Assembly (NCBI RefSeq): GCF_016026235.1
Contig: NZ_CP065613.1
Strand: one strand, 5' to 3'
Source: Escherichia coli
GTDB lineage: Bacteria; Pseudomonadota; Gammaproteobacteria; Enterobacterales; Enterobacteriaceae
Length of the DNA: 64,000 nucleotides
The translations under genes were made by a program, and so were the position numbers. Under the pieces are notes generated by a model that ran no database searches, had not been told where the DNA came from, and was given only the letters and a program-made list of their open reading frames with translations. Of this stretch, positions 42,304 through 53,778 are shown piece by piece. Every line of letters begins with the position of its first letter. Within the stretch, counting starts at the first letter, position 1.

Positions 42304-43110
42304 TTAGCCGCGCGTTTTGCCGCCCGCAATGTTAGTGGTTACTCCGGTGATATAGCTGGCGCGTTCAGACAGCAGATAACAAACAAAATCAGCGACTTCT
42401 GCTAATCTTCCGGCGCGCCCAATAGGAATGGCGTTTTTGGTATAGCCTTCACGCAGCTGCTCGACGGTGATATTGCGCGTCCACGCCAGCGCTTCTTCAT
42501 ATTCCGGCGTGCGCAGTCCTGTTTTTTCCAGAATCCCCGGCGCGATACCGACCACACGGATACCGTGTTTACCCAATTCTTTCGACCAGGATCGCGTGAA
42601 GCTATTAAGCGCGGCTTTGGTAGCGGCGTAACAGCTTTGGCCTTCTGAGCCTTCCAGTCCACTTTCTGAGGAAACATTCACAATCACGCCATCATGTTGT
42701 TTGACCATCTGTCGCGCCACCGCCTGCGACATCAGAAAAACGCCTTTCTGGTTGATATTGAACATTTTTTCGAATGCAGCTTCGTTGAGTTCATACTGCC
42801 CGGCAGGCGCTTTGTCATCGACCAGCAGACGCGGGAAATTGACCCCGGCGTTATTGACCAGACCGTCGATGCGACCAAAACGCTGGATAATTTCCGCTAC
42901 CGTATGATTTACCTCTTTGGCGCTGGAAATATCGGTCGGCCAAAACTGATAGCCTTTATGACCTTCATATTGACCATCGCCACCGTGAATATCTACCATC
43001 TGTACGTTTGCGCCTTGTGCTAATAATTCCTCTACAATCGCCAGACCAATACCGGATGCGCCGCCGGTGACGATAATGATTTTATCCTGCAAATTTAACC
43101 ACGTTTGCAT
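42304..43110 (-). CDS. sorD: D-glucitol-6-phosphate dehydrogenase (SDR family, 268 aa)
   Basis: MQTWLNLQDKIIIVTGGASGIGLAIVEELLAQGANV... with TGGASGIG Rossmann motif and YxxxK. Confidence 0.8.
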   Translation of the reverse strand: MQTWLNLQDKIIIVTGGASGIGLAIVEELLAQGANVQMVDIHGGDGQYEGHKGYQFWPTDISSAKEVNHTVAEIIQRFGRIDGLVNNAGVNFPRLLVDDKAPAGQYELNEAAFEKMFNINQKGVFLMSQAVARQMVKQHDGVIVNVSSESGLEGSEGQSCYAATKAALNSFTRSWSKELGKHGIRVVGIAPGILEKTGLRTPEYEEALAWTRNITVEQLREGYTKNAIPIGRAGRLAEVADFVCYLLSERASYITGVTTNIAGGKTRG

Positions 43111-43179
43111 AACAGACTCCTGATTTTAGATAATAGGGACCCGCCGTAATTTTTATTACGGTAAACATCGGGAAGATTT

Positions 43180-44127
43180 TTATTTCAGTAATAGTTCAGC
43201 TGTGCTGCTATTCGTTACCAGACAATTAATATATTTTCCACGCAGTGCACCAACAATTCCGCTGTATTTTTCTTCACTCATGGCAATGCCAATGGAATAC
43301 CGCGCCTGCTTTAATTTATTCATTTCGATAGAGAGTGTTTTTTCGCTCATATTCGTTTCAACCATTGCGCCGTGAATATCAAAAAAGCGCGAGCAAATAT
43401 CGCCAGCAACCTGGCGGGCATTCAGGTCGTCACTCTCTTCACCACCATAAAACGCATGCCAGTTAGCGCCGTCGCGAATGGCCGGTGAGCCAATTCCCAC
43501 CAGGGCGACATCCAGATTATCCCAGTAGGCAGAGATGGTTTTAAAGTGCTGAGACTGCATGATCCCATTACGAATTAATGGGTTATCCAGCAGAGCCGGA
43601 AAATCCGCGAGATGCGATTCCCCTTTCAGCTTCGCTGCCGCGCTGTAGGTTAATGTGTTTACGTGATAGCGGCTTTCGAGTTTACCGGACGGTCCGCCAA
43701 TAATTGGTACGCAGATTAACTGCCGCGATTGCCCCGCCTGCGGCAAGTTTTCAACCAGTGCGCTCACCGCGCGACCCCAGGAAAAACCGACAATATCGCC
43801 AGGTTCCAGCAAGCGATCCAGCAGTTGCGCGCCGTGTAACCCCATCATCGCCAGTTGAGTCTCTTCATCCTCATCATTTCCCGACACCACCACAACGTCT
43901 TTCAGGCCAAACTTTTGCTTCAGTTGCTGCTCCAGCCAGAGATTTTCGTTGTAGTCATAGTTGATGGCGATGGTGACAATTCCCTGATCGCGGCCTCGTT
44001 TAAGCAAGCGGCTGATGGTGGTGCGGTAAATACCCAGTTCGAGCGCGATTTGCGCCTGCGTCATATCCTGTTCGTAATAGAGTTGGGCAATCTTCACAAT
44101 CAAACGGATATCGTCACTGTTTTCCAT
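43180..44127 (-). CDS. sorC: SorC-family sugar-binding regulator of the sorbose operon (315 aa)
   Basis: MENSDDIRLIVKIAQLYYEQDMTQAQIALELGIYRTTISRLLKRGRDQG... N-terminal HTH; ATG 44127 preceded by AGGAGG. Confidence 0.8.
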   Translation of the reverse strand: MENSDDIRLIVKIAQLYYEQDMTQAQIALELGIYRTTISRLLKRGRDQGIVTIAINYDYNENLWLEQQLKQKFGLKDVVVVSGNDEDEETQLAMMGLHGAQLLDRLLEPGDIVGFSWGRAVSALVENLPQAGQSRQLICVPIIGGPSGKLESRYHVNTLTYSAAAKLKGESHLADFPALLDNPLIRNGIMQSQHFKTISAYWDNLDVALVGIGSPAIRDGANWHAFYGGEESDDLNARQVAGDICSRFFDIHGAMVETNMSEKTLSIEMNKLKQARYSIGIAMSEEKYSGIVGALRGKYINCLVTNSSTAELLLK

Positions 44128-44474
44128 TGCCGCCTCCTGGTTCTGCACATTTGTGCAAATACGCTTTCTCACCGCTTGATCTGATATAACCCCATCATGA
44201 GGGCCTTTCAAAGCGATTTTTCACTCTTTGCATGGGGAGAAATAGCGCTTTCTCTTGCACATTTGTTTCTCTGCGTAGTAGTCATCAGCACAGGTGTGCA
44301 GCGATTCGTAATATGTTGATTATCCTTATTTTGCCAGGCAAATTTGCATCGTACTTCCGGAGACACTTTTGTGATAAAAGGCGTGGCAGATCACATTTAA
44401 TTTCGACGTTGCCGCATAACCCTGTTTTTCCCCGCTAAGAGGTACGGTATATTCCGCGTTTTACAGGAGAATTT

Positions 44475-45347
44475 ATGCTGCCCGACTCATCAGTCCGTTT
44501 AAATAAATACATCAGCGAAAGCGGAATTTGCTCACGCCGCGAAGCGGATCGCTATATCGAGCAAGGCAATGTGTTCCTTAATGGCAAGCGAGCCACCATT
44601 GGCGATCAGGTGAAACCCGGCGACATTGTGAAAGTAAACGGTCAGTTGATTGAGCCTCGGGAAGCCGAAGATTTGGTACTTATCGCCCTGAACAAGCCCG
44701 TCGGTATTGTCAGCACCACCGAAGATGGCGAGCGCGATAACATTGTCGATTTCGTTAACCACAGCAAACGCGTGTTCCCGATTGGCCGCCTGGATAAAGA
44801 CTCCCAGGGGCTGATTTTCCTCACCAATCACGGCGATCTGGTGAATAAGATCCTCCGTGCGGGTAACGATCATGAGAAAGAGTATCTGGTGACGGTAGAT
44901 AAACCGATTACCGATGAATTTATTCGTGGTATGGGGGCGGGAGTGCCGATCCTCGGGACGGTGACGAAAAAGTGCAAAGTCAAAAAAGAAACTCCGTTTG
45001 TCTTCCGCATTACCCTGGTGCAGGGGCTGAACCGTCAGATCCGTCGCATGTGCGAGCATTTCGGCTATGAAGTGAAAAAGCTGGAACGTACGCGCATTAT
45101 GAACGTCAGCTTAAGCGGCATTCCGCTGGGAGAATGGCGCGATTTAACCGACGACGAGCTTATCGATCTCTTTAAGCTCATCGAAAATTCCTCTTCCGAG
45201 GCAAAACCTAAAACGAAGGCCAAACCGAAAACGGCGGGCATCAAACGTCCAGTCGTTAAGATGGAAAAAACGGCGGAAAAAGGCGGTCGCCCGGCGTCCA
45301 ACGGTAAGCGTTTTACCTCGCCGGGGCGTAAAAAGAAGGGGCGCTAA
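44475..45347 (+). CDS. rluF: 23S rRNA pseudouridine synthase RluF (290 aa)
   Basis: [45 protein letters not shown]... S4 domain + RsuA-family catalytic core. Confidence 0.93.
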   Translation: MLPDSSVRLNKYISESGICSRREADRYIEQGNVFLNGKRATIGDQVKPGDIVKVNGQLIEPREAEDLVLIALNKPVGIVSTTEDGERDNIVDFVNHSKRVFPIGRLDKDSQGLIFLTNHGDLVNKILRAGNDHEKEYLVTVDKPITDEFIRGMGAGVPILGTVTKKCKVKKETPFVFRITLVQGLNRQIRRMCEHFGYEVKKLERTRIMNVSLSGIPLGEWRDLTDDELIDLFKLIENSSSEAKPKTKAKPKTAGIKRPVVKMEKTAEKGGRPASNGKRFTSPGRKKKGR

Positions 45348-45620
45348 TCAGCGCCTGCCGCGCGTCGACGTATTTGCTGACCAGCTAAATGACGCTTCAG
45401 GATCCGGTTTATAAGCCTGCTTTTTCTTCAATTGGCGGGCTTTTTTTGCTTCAGCCTCACGCTCAACCATTAATTTATCGATGTAATCTTTCTTAATGCT
45501 GTTGGTTTCGGAGTTGGTCAATACGCGACCATGCGCAATCCGCGCCCGATCCAGCAGTGTTTTAAGTTCACGCTGCTCGCGTTCAGTCATCTCTTTTTGG
45601 GTAATACGGGGGAGTGCCAT
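45348..45620 (-). CDS. yjbD: DUF3811-family protein YjbD (90 aa)
   Basis: MALPRITQKEMTEREQRELKTLLDRARIAHGRVLTNSETNSIKKDY... Confidence 0.9.
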   Translation of the reverse strand: MALPRITQKEMTEREQRELKTLLDRARIAHGRVLTNSETNSIKKDYIDKLMVEREAEAKKARQLKKKQAYKPDPEASFSWSANTSTRGRR

Positions 45621-45872
45621 GATGGTGCCCTCAGTGAGCCAGAGAGTTCAGTATACGGGAATTCGTTTGCGAGCAGAACTGATAATATTCATTTTGCCTT
45701 CTCTTAACTATTTATCTCTTTCGATAATTAATTAGAGATGCAGATAAAAAAATTAAAGGCAATTATTCTCCGATAAAGACGCTGGTTAACAGAGTACAGG
45801 CTCGTTTATTGATGAGCATAGTGACAAGAAAATCAATACGGCCCGAAATATAGCTTCCAGGCCATACAGTAT

Positions 45873-47222
45873 TTACTCAAACAAATTAAAATGCAGCTTC
45901 TGCACCACCTGCTCGGCATCTTCGCCGGGCACCAGGAAGCACAGGTTATGGCTGGATGCGCCATAACAAATCATGCGAATGTTGAACGGTTCCAGTACGC
46001 CGAATACCTCTTTGCCAACGCCGCAGGCTTTTGACAGGTCATTGCCAATCAACGCGACCAGCGCCAGACCTTCTTCTACTTCCACCCGGCACAGTGCGGA
46101 AAGCTCCATCAGCAGAGATTGCGTCAGCAACGTATCGCCAGTGGAGGTTGAACCCGTGGTATCAAGGGTTAATGCCACGCTCACTTCTGACGTGGTGATT
46201 AAGTCTACCGAAATATTATGCCGCGCGAGGATGCTGAAAACTTCCGCGAGGAAGCCGCGAGAATGCAGCATATTCAGGCTGTGCAAAGTGAGCAGAGTCT
46301 GATTGCGACGAAGCGCCAGCGCGCGGAACAGCGGCGGATTTTCAGTTTTATTGCACACCAGCGTACCACCTGCGCGTGGGTCTTTGCTGGAGCCGACAAA
46401 GACCGGGATATCGCTGCGTACTGCGGGTAGCAATGTTGCCGGATGCAGTACTTTTGCACCAAAAGTTGCCATCTCTGCTGCTTCGGCAAACGCGATTTCA
46501 TCAATGCGTTTTGCTGCGGAAACCACGCGTGGATCGGTGGTGTAGATGCCCGGGACGTCGGTCCAGATATCAACACGAGATGCGTGTAAAGCCTCCGCCA
46601 GCAAGGCTGCCGTATAATCGCTGCCTCCACGGCCAAGCGTCGTTGTACGACCTTTATTTTCGCTACCGATAAATCCCTGGGTGATCACTAAGCCTTCATT
46701 GAGGCGTGGGAGCAGCTGCAGCGCGGCCAGTTCCGCCAGCGCGGCTACATCTGGCTCTGCACGACCAAATCGGTCGTTGGTACGCATCACTTTACGTACA
46801 TCAAACCACTGTGCCTGAACATCGCGTTCGCGCAGGATCTCGACAAACAGCAGGGTCGACATCAGCTCGCCGTGGCTGACCAGTTCATCTGTCAGCGCCG
46901 GAGACGTTGCCAGCGCCGCCGCTTCTGCCAGAACAGTAATGTTCTCCAGCAGACGTTCAATCTCTTCACGGATAACGTTCGGGTAACGTAGACGTTCCAG
47001 AATGGCAAACTGGATGTTGCGAATAGCGTCGAGTTTTTCGAATCGCTCGCCAGGTTCCAGCCCTTCCGCTAAAGCGACCAGCAGATTAGTGATACCAGCA
47101 GAAGCCGAGAGGACAACTAAACGTACGTTGGCATCAGAAAGCACAATATCAGCGCTGCGGTTCATGGCGTCAAAATCAGCTACGCTGGTACCGCCAAATT
47201 TGGAGACAACAATTTCAGACAT
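45873..47222 (-). CDS. lysC: lysine-sensitive aspartokinase III (449 aa)
   Basis: MSEIVVSKFGGTSVADFDAMNRSADIVLSDANVRLVVLSASAGITN... Confidence 0.95.
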   Translation of the reverse strand: MSEIVVSKFGGTSVADFDAMNRSADIVLSDANVRLVVLSASAGITNLLVALAEGLEPGERFEKLDAIRNIQFAILERLRYPNVIREEIERLLENITVLAEAAALATSPALTDELVSHGELMSTLLFVEILRERDVQAQWFDVRKVMRTNDRFGRAEPDVAALAELAALQLLPRLNEGLVITQGFIGSENKGRTTTLGRGGSDYTAALLAEALHASRVDIWTDVPGIYTTDPRVVSAAKRIDEIAFAEAAEMATFGAKVLHPATLLPAVRSDIPVFVGSSKDPRAGGTLVCNKTENPPLFRALALRRNQTLLTLHSLNMLHSRGFLAEVFSILARHNISVDLITTSEVSVALTLDTTGSTSTGDTLLTQSLLMELSALCRVEVEEGLALVALIGNDLSKACGVGKEVFGVLEPFNIRMICYGASSHNLCFLVPGEDAEQVVQKLHFNLFE

Positions 47223-47249
47223 GACTACCTCGTGTCAGGGGATCCATTT

Positions 47250-47500
47250 TCAGCCTTGGCACAAGGGAAGAGCGGAAGACGGGTGGGCGCAGAGCGATAC
47301 TTCGCTACTATTTTCACCCAGAAGTGCTCCACCACTTGCGAAACGCCCGACTGCGAACGCTTCTGGTGACAACCCAGGGGATTCAGCCCCTGTAGCCGAT
47401 GATGAACGTGGCCAGCCGTTCAATCACCTCGGCGATGCACCCCCTCAGGTGTTATCACAGGACTGGCTCCTCCAACACCGTTACTTGGGCAACGCGCCTC
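47250..47500 (-). promoter_or_regulatory. lysine riboswitch (L-box) in the lysC leader
   Basis: Reverse strand of the ~300-nt leader contains AGAGGCGCGTTGCCCAAGTAACGGTGTTGGAGGAGCCAG...; boundaries approximate. Confidence 0.75.
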
Positions 47501-47746
47501 TTCTGGCCTGCGCTAGCGCAGGTAGTACATTTATAAATAAAGGGTGAGCGGGGCGGTTGTCAACGACGGGGTCATGCGGATTTTTCATCCACTCCTGGCG
47601 GTCAGTAGTTCAGCTAATAAATGCTTCACTGCGCTAAGGGTTTACACTCAACATTACGCTAACGGCACTAAAACCATCACATTTTTCTGTGACTGGCGCT
47701 ACAATCTTCCAAAGTCACAATTCTCAAAATCAGAAGAGTATTGCTA

Positions 47747-49396
47747 ATGAAAAACATCAATCCAACGCAGACCGCTGCCTGGCAGGCACTACAGAAACAC
47801 TTCGATGAAATGAAAGACGTTACGATCGCCGATCTTTTTGCTAAAGACGGCGATCGTTTTTCTAAGTTCTCCGCAACCTTCGACGATCAGATGCTGGTGG
47901 ATTACTCCAAAAACCGCATCACTGAAGAGACGCTGGCGAAATTACAAGATCTGGCGAAAGAGTGCGATCTGGCGGGCGCGATTAAGTCGATGTTCTCTGG
48001 CGAGAAGATCAACCGCACTGAAAACCGCGCTGTGCTGCACGTAGCGCTGCGTAACCGTAGCAATACCCCGATTTTGGTTGATGGCAAAGACGTAATGCCG
48101 GAAGTCAACGCGGTGCTGGAGAAGATGAAAACCTTCTCGGAAGCGATTATCTCCGGTGAGTGGAAGGGTTATACCGGCAAAGCAATCACTGACGTAGTGA
48201 ACATCGGGATCGGCGGTTCTGACCTCGGCCCGTACATGGTGACCGAAGCACTGCGTCCGTACAAAAATCACCTGAACATGCACTTTGTTTCTAACGTCGA
48301 TGGGACTCACATCGCTGAAGTGCTGAAAAAAGTAAACCCGGAAACCACGCTGTTCCTGGTAGCATCTAAAACCTTCACCACTCAGGAAACCATGACCAAC
48401 GCCCATAGCGCGCGTGACTGGTTCCTGAAAGCGGCAGGTGATGAAAAACACGTTGCGAAACACTTTGCGGCGCTCTCAACCAATGCCAAAACCGTTGGCG
48501 AGTTTGGTATTGATACTGCCAACATGTTCGAGTTCTGGGACTGGGTCGGCGGCCGTTACTCTTTGTGGTCAGCGATTGGCCTGTCGATTGTTCTCTCCAT
48601 CGGCTTTGATAACTTCGTTGAACTGCTTTCTGGCGCACACGCAATGGACAAGCATTTCTCCACCACGCCTGCCGAGAAAAACCTGCCTGTCCTGCTGGCG
48701 CTGATTGGCATCTGGTACAACAATTTCTTTGGTGCGGAAACTGAAGCGATTCTGCCGTATGACCAGTATATGCACCGTTTCGCGGCGTACTTCCAGCAGG
48801 GCAATATGGAGTCCAACGGTAAGTATGTTGACCGTAACGGTAACGTTGTGGATTACCAGACTGGCCCGATTATCTGGGGTGAACCAGGCACTAACGGTCA
48901 GCACGCGTTCTACCAGCTGATCCACCAGGGAACCAAAATGGTACCGTGCGATTTCATCGCCCCGGCTATCACCCATAACCCGCTCTCTGATCATCACCAG
49001 AAACTGCTGTCTAACTTCTTTGCTCAGACCGAAGCGCTGGCGTTTGGTAAATCCCGCGAAGTGGTTGAACAGGAATATCGCGATCAGGGTAAAGATCCAG
49101 CAACGCTTGACTACGTGGTGCCGTTCAAAGTGTTCGAAGGTAACCGCCCGACCAACTCTATCCTGCTGCGCGAAATCACTCCGTTCAGCCTGGGTGCGTT
49201 GATTGCGCTGTATGAGCACAAAATCTTTACTCAGGGCGTGATCCTGAACATCTTCACCTTCGACCAGTGGGGCGTGGAGCTGGGTAAACAGCTGGCGAAC
49301 CGTATTCTGCCAGAGCTGAAAGATGATAAAGAAATCAGCAGCCACGATAGCTCGACCAATGGTCTGATTAACCGCTATAAAGCGTGGCGCGGTTAA
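47747..49396 (+). CDS. pgi: glucose-6-phosphate isomerase (549 aa)
   Basis: [45 protein letters not shown]... Confidence 0.96.
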   Translation: MKNINPTQTAAWQALQKHFDEMKDVTIADLFAKDGDRFSKFSATFDDQMLVDYSKNRITEETLAKLQDLAKECDLAGAIKSMFSGEKINRTENRAVLHVALRNRSNTPILVDGKDVMPEVNAVLEKMKTFSEAIISGEWKGYTGKAITDVVNIGIGGSDLGPYMVTEALRPYKNHLNMHFVSNVDGTHIAEVLKKVNPETTLFLVASKTFTTQETMTNAHSARDWFLKAAGDEKHVAKHFAALSTNAKTVGEFGIDTANMFEFWDWVGGRYSLWSAIGLSIVLSIGFDNFVELLSGAHAMDKHFSTTPAEKNLPVLLALIGIWYNNFFGAETEAILPYDQYMHRFAAYFQQGNMESNGKYVDRNGNVVDYQTGPIIWGEPGTNGQHAFYQLIHQGTKMVPCDFIAPAITHNPLSDHHQKLLSNFFAQTEALAFGKSREVVEQEYRDQGKDPATLDYVVPFKVFEGNRPTNSILLREITPFSLGALIALYEHKIFTQGVILNIFTFDQWGVELGKQLANRILPELKDDKEISSHDSSTNGLINRYKAWRG

Positions 49397-49406
49397 TCAT
49401 CGTTCA

Positions 49407-49500
49407 TGCCTGATGCCGCTATGTAGGCCGGATAAGGCGTTCACGCCGCATCCGGCAACCGATGCCTGATGCGACGCGGTCGCGTCTTATCAGGCCTACA
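49407..49500. repeat. REP/BIME cluster downstream of pgi
   Basis: ATGCCTGATGCCGCTATGTAGGCCGGATAAGGCGTTCACGCCGCATCCGGCAA...GCCTGATGCGACGCGGTCGCGTCTTATCAGGCCTAC. Confidence 0.85.
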
Positions 49501-49572
49501 GGTCGATGCCGATATGTACATCGTATTCGGCAATTAAAACATAGCACGATTGATTAAATAACCTTAATAACA

Positions 49573-49599
49573 ATGCCGACGTTATGTCGGCATTTTTTT
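49573..49599 (+). terminator. rho-independent terminator after pgi
   Basis: Hairpin ATGCCGACgttaTGTCGGCAT followed by TTTTTTT. Confidence 0.8.
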
Positions 49600-49907
49600 A
49601 TCAGATAAATCCCCTTGTCTGTGATTTAACGGAAATCATACCGTGAGGTTAATCCTAAAATAGATTTTTAATCGTTGTTTATTTCGGAAAATACGCAGAT
49701 TAATTACTTTTGTTTTTATTTTAATTTTATGATTTTTATTGTTATTTAAATATAAGTTGAAACTTATATTTGATATTCATTCCAATTATCCTAAAACGCC
49801 ATCGCTAATTCCCCGCGCCGTAATTCGCATGCTTTAGTTGTGTATACTCGATCCCGCCCGAAATGTTTTTGGGTAAATCTCCATTCATTCAATGAAGGGA
49901 AATTGTT

Positions 49908-50150
49908 ATGAAAAAAGTTCTGTATGGCATTTTTGCCATATCTGCGCTTGCGGCGACTTCTGCGTGGGCTGCACCTGTACAGGTGGGCGAAGCGGCAGGG
50001 TCGGCAGCAACGTCGGTTTCGGCGGGGAGTTCCTCCGCGACCAGCGTCAGCACCGTAAGCTCGGCGGTGGGTGTCGCGCTCGCGGCAACCGGTGGCGGTG
50101 ATGGTTCTAATACCGGGACCACCACAACCACGACCACCAGTACCCAGTAA
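49908..50150 (+). CDS. yjbE: secreted Ser/Thr/Gly-rich protein YjbE (80 aa)
   Basis: [40 protein letters not shown]...[10 protein letters not shown]; A/T-rich promoter region upstream. Confidence 0.9.
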
Positions 50151-50263
50151 TAAAGTATGTATCCCCAAAATAATTTGAGTCATTGCATCTGTGGCTTGAA
50201 GTATGAAGGGATTTACCATAACCACACTCCGGTGTGGTTATTCTGCCCCTCTGGAGAAGAGTC

Positions 50264-50902
50264 GTGAAGCGACCTGCACTCATTCTTATCTGCCTGCTAT
50301 TACAGGCCTGTTCAGCCACGACTAAAGAGCTGGGCAATTCACTGTGGGACAGTCTGTTCGGCACGCCAGATGTACAGCTGACGGACGATGATATTCAAAA
50401 TATGCCCTACGCCAGCCAGTACATGCAGCTTAATGGCGGGCCGCAGTTGTTTGTGGTGCTGGCCTTCGCTGAAGACGGACAACAAAAATGGGTCACTCAG
50501 GATCAGGCCACTCTCGTCACACAACATGGTCGTCTGGTGAAGACTTTGCTTGGCGGCGACAACCTGATTGAAGTGAATAACCTTGCCGCCGACCCGCTGA
50601 TTAAACCCGCACAAATTGTTGATGGTGCAACATGGACGCGCACGATGGGCTGGACCGAGTACCAGCAGGTACGCTACGCCACCGCACGCTCAGTCTTCAA
50701 ATGGGATGGCACCGATACCGTCAAGGTCGGCAGCGATGAAACCCCGGTTCGCGTGCTGGACGAAGAAGTCTCCACCGACCAGGCGCGCTGGCATAACCGC
50801 TACTGGATCGACAGCGAAGGGCAAATTCGCCAGTCGGAACAGTATCTCGGCGCAGATTATTTCCCGGTGAAAACCACTCTCATCAAGGCGGCAAAACAAT
50901 GA
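50264..50902 (+). CDS. yjbF: lipoprotein YjbF (212 aa)
   Basis: GTG start 50264 after GGAGA; MKRPALILICLLLQAC lipobox. Confidence 0.88.
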   Translation: MKRPALILICLLLQACSATTKELGNSLWDSLFGTPDVQLTDDDIQNMPYASQYMQLNGGPQLFVVLAFAEDGQQKWVTQDQATLVTQHGRLVKTLLGGDNLIEVNNLAADPLIKPAQIVDGATWTRTMGWTEYQQVRYATARSVFKWDGTDTVKVGSDETPVRVLDEEVSTDQARWHNRYWIDSEGQIRQSEQYLGADYFPVKTTLIKAAKQ

Positions 50903-51636
50903 TTAAACAAACTATTGTCGCATTGATTTTGAGTGTGGGAGCGTCATCGGTCTTCGCGGCAGGAACCGTCAAGGTGTTCAGCAATGGCAGCAGTGAGGCC
51001 AAAACGCTAACGGGCGCAGAGCATTTAATCGATCTGGTAGGCCAACCGCGGCTGGCAAACAGCTGGTGGCCTGGTGCGGTGATTAGCGAAGAGCTGGCAA
51101 CGGCGGCAGCATTGCGTCAGCAGCAGGCGTTGCTGACACGGCTGGCAGAACAGGGCGCAGATTCCAGCGCTGACGATGCCGCTGCGATTAACGCCTTACG
51201 CCAGCAAATTCAGGCGTTGAAAGTGACAGGTAGGCAAAAAATCAATCTTGATCCCGATATCGTCCGCGTTGCCGAACGCGGTAACCCACCGTTGCAGGGC
51301 AACTACACGCTGTGGGTCGGACCACCGCCGTCCACGGTCACGCTGTTCGGGCTTATCAGCCGTCCTGGCAAGCAGCCATTCACTCCAGGTCGCGACGTGG
51401 CGAGCTATCTCTCCGGCCAGAACCTGCTTAGCGGTGCGGATCGCAGCTACGCGTGGGTGGTTTACCCGGACGGACGCACGCAAAAAGCGCCGGTGGCTTA
51501 CTGGAACAAGCGTCACGTAGAGCCGATGCCCGGCAGCATTATTTATGTTGGCCTCGCGGACTCCGTCTGGAGTGAGACGCCTGATGCCCTTAACGCCGAC
51601 ATTCTTCAGACTCTGACGCAGCGGATACCCCAATAA
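50899..51636 (+). CDS. yjbG: periplasmic protein YjbG (245 aa)
   Basis: [27 protein letters not shown]... signal peptide; overlaps yjbF by 4 nt. Confidence 0.9.
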   Translation: MIKQTIVALILSVGASSVFAAGTVKVFSNGSSEAKTLTGAEHLIDLVGQPRLANSWWPGAVISEELATAAALRQQQALLTRLAEQGADSSADDAAAINALRQQIQALKVTGRQKINLDPDIVRVAERGNPPLQGNYTLWVGPPPSTVTLFGLISRPGKQPFTPGRDVASYLSGQNLLSGADRSYAWVVYPDGRTQKAPVAYWNKRHVEPMPGSIIYVGLADSVWSETPDALNADILQTLTQRIPQ

Positions 51637-53732
51637 TGAAAAAAAGACATCTGCTTAGCTTACTGGCGCTGGGCATTAGCATGGCTTGCTACGGCGAAAC
51701 ATATCCTGCGCCCATTGGCCCGTCGCAGTCGGATTTCGGTGGCGTAGGATTATTACAAACGCCCACCGCACGCATGGCGCGGGAAGGGGAGTTGAGCCTG
51801 AACTATCGCGATAACGATCAGTACCGTTATTACTCAGCTTCAGTGCAACTCTTCCCGTGGCTGGAAACAACGCTGCGCTACACCGACGTGCGCACCCGGC
51901 AGTACAGCAGCGTCGAAGCGTTCTCTGGCGATCAAACGTATAAAGATAAAGCCTTCGATCTCAAACTGCGTTTGTGGGAAGAGAGTTACTGGCTGCCGCA
52001 AGTGGCGGTTGGTGCGCGGGATATCGGCGGTACGGGGCTGTTTGATGCGGAATATCTTGTTGCCAGCAAAGCCTGGGGGCCGTTCGATTTTACGCTCGGC
52101 CTGGGCTGGGGATATCTGGGTACCAGCGGTAATGTGAAAAATCCGCTCTGTTCAGCCAGTGATAAATATTGCTATCGCGATAACAGCTACAAACAGGCGG
52201 GATCTATCGACGGTAGCCAGATGTTCCACGGTCCTGCCTCACTGTTTGGCGGCGTGGAATACCAGACGCCCTGGCAACCGCTGCGCCTGAAACTGGAGTA
52301 TGAAGGCAATAATTATCAGCAGGATTTTGCCGGTAAGCTGGAGCAAAAAAGTAAGTTTAACGTCGGGGCGATTTATCGCGTTACCGATTGGGCCGACGTT
52401 AACCTTAGCTATGAACGTGGCAACACCTTTATGTTTGGCGTTACGTTGCGCACCAACTTTAACGATCTGCGCCCGTCTTACAACGATAACGCCCGCCCGC
52501 AATATCAACCGCAGCCGCAGGATGCCATTTTGCAGCATTCGGTGGTGGCGAATCAGTTAACGCTGTTGAAATACAATGCCGGACTTGCCGATCCACAGAT
52601 CCAGGCGAAAGGCGATACGCTGTATGTTACCGGCGAGCAGGTGAAATATCGTGATTCGCGCGAAGGGATCATCCGTGCTAATCGGATCGTGATGAACGAT
52701 CTGCCGGATGGGATCAAGACGATCCGCGTTACGGAAAATCGCCTTAACATGCCGCAGGTGACGACGGAAACGGATGTCGCCAGCCTGAAAAATCATCTCG
52801 CTGGAGAGCCGTTGGGCCACGAAACGACGCTGGCGCAAAAACGCGTCGAGCCAGTGGTTCCGAAGTCCACCGAGCAGGGCTGGTATATCGACAAATCGCG
52901 CTTTGATTTCCATATCGATCCGGTGCTGAACCAGTCGGTCGGTGGCCCGGAAAACTTTTACATGTATCAGCTGGGCGTGATGGGAACGGCAGATTTGTGG
53001 CTGACGGACCATCTGCTGACCACCGGCAGCCTGTTTGCAAATCTTGCCAACAACTACGACAAGTTTAACTACACCAATCCGCCGCAGGACTCGCACTTAC
53101 CGCGCGTGCGTACCCATGTGCGCGAGTATGTGCAGAATGATGTCTATGTGAATAACCTGCAAGCCAACTACTTCCAGCATCTGGGCAACGGCTTCTACGG
53201 TCAGGTCTACGGTGGTTATCTCGAAACCATGTTTGGCGGTGCTGGGGCAGAAGTGTTGTATCGCCCGCTGGACAGCAACTGGGCGTTTGGTCTGGATGCC
53301 AACTACGTTAAACAGCGCGACTGGCGTAGCGCAAAGGATATGATGAAATTCACCGACTACAGCGTGAAAACCGGACATCTGACCGCCTACTGGACGCCAT
53401 CTTTCGCTCAGGATGTGTTAGTTAAAGCCAGCGTCGGGCAGTATCTGGCAGGGGATAAAGGCGGCACGCTGGAGATCGCCAAACGCTTTGATAGCGGTGT
53501 GGTGGTGGGTGGCTATGCCACGATCACGAATGTTTCGAAAGAGGAGTACGGCGAAGGGGACTTCACCAAAGGCGTGTATGTCTCTGTACCGTTGGATCTC
53601 TTCTCGTCTGGCCCGACACGCAGCCGTGCGGCGATTGGCTGGACGCCGCTGACGCGTGACGGTGGTCAGCAACTTGGGCGTAAGTTCCAGTTGTATGACA
53701 TGACCAGCGATCGGAGCGTCAATTTCCGCTAA
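51636..53732 (+). CDS. yjbH: outer-membrane protein YjbH (698 aa)
   Basis: [28 protein letters not shown]...; last gene of the yjbEFGH operon. Confidence 0.9.
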   Translation: MKKRHLLSLLALGISMACYGETYPAPIGPSQSDFGGVGLLQTPTARMAREGELSLNYRDNDQYRYYSASVQLFPWLETTLRYTDVRTRQYSSVEAFSGDQTYKDKAFDLKLRLWEESYWLPQVAVGARDIGGTGLFDAEYLVASKAWGPFDFTLGLGWGYLGTSGNVKNPLCSASDKYCYRDNSYKQAGSIDGSQMFHGPASLFGGVEYQTPWQPLRLKLEYEGNNYQQDFAGKLEQKSKFNVGAIYRVTDWADVNLSYERGNTFMFGVTLRTNFNDLRPSYNDNARPQYQPQPQDAILQHSVVANQLTLLKYNAGLADPQIQAKGDTLYVTGEQVKYRDSREGIIRANRIVMNDLPDGIKTIRVTENRLNMPQVTTETDVASLKNHLAGEPLGHETTLAQKRVEPVVPKSTEQGWYIDKSRFDFHIDPVLNQSVGGPENFYMYQLGVMGTADLWLTDHLLTTGSLFANLANNYDKFNYTNPPQDSHLPRVRTHVREYVQNDVYVNNLQANYFQHLGNGFYGQVYGGYLETMFGGAGAEVLYRPLDSNWAFGLDANYVKQRDWRSAKDMMKFTDYSVKTGHLTAYWTPSFAQDVLVKASVGQYLAGDKGGTLEIAKRFDSGVVVGGYATITNVSKEEYGEGDFTKGVYVSVPLDLFSSGPTRSRAAIGWTPLTRDGGQQLGRKFQLYDMTSDRSVNFR

Positions 53733-53778
53733 GTTATGGGAAAGGTGCCAGTTTTCGCAATCACTGGCACCCTCATTC

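Noticed and set aside
38034-44474. Looked for integrase, transposase, tRNA or direct-repeat att sites flanking the sor island
   Set aside because: None found; flanks contain only REP-like palindromes and terminator-like hairpins.
49908-50150. Thr-run and Ser/Ala-rich repeats in yjbE, and Gly/His-rich tail of zraP, considered as tandem-repeat elements
   Set aside because: Low-complexity coding sequence characteristic of these proteins, not non-coding repeats.
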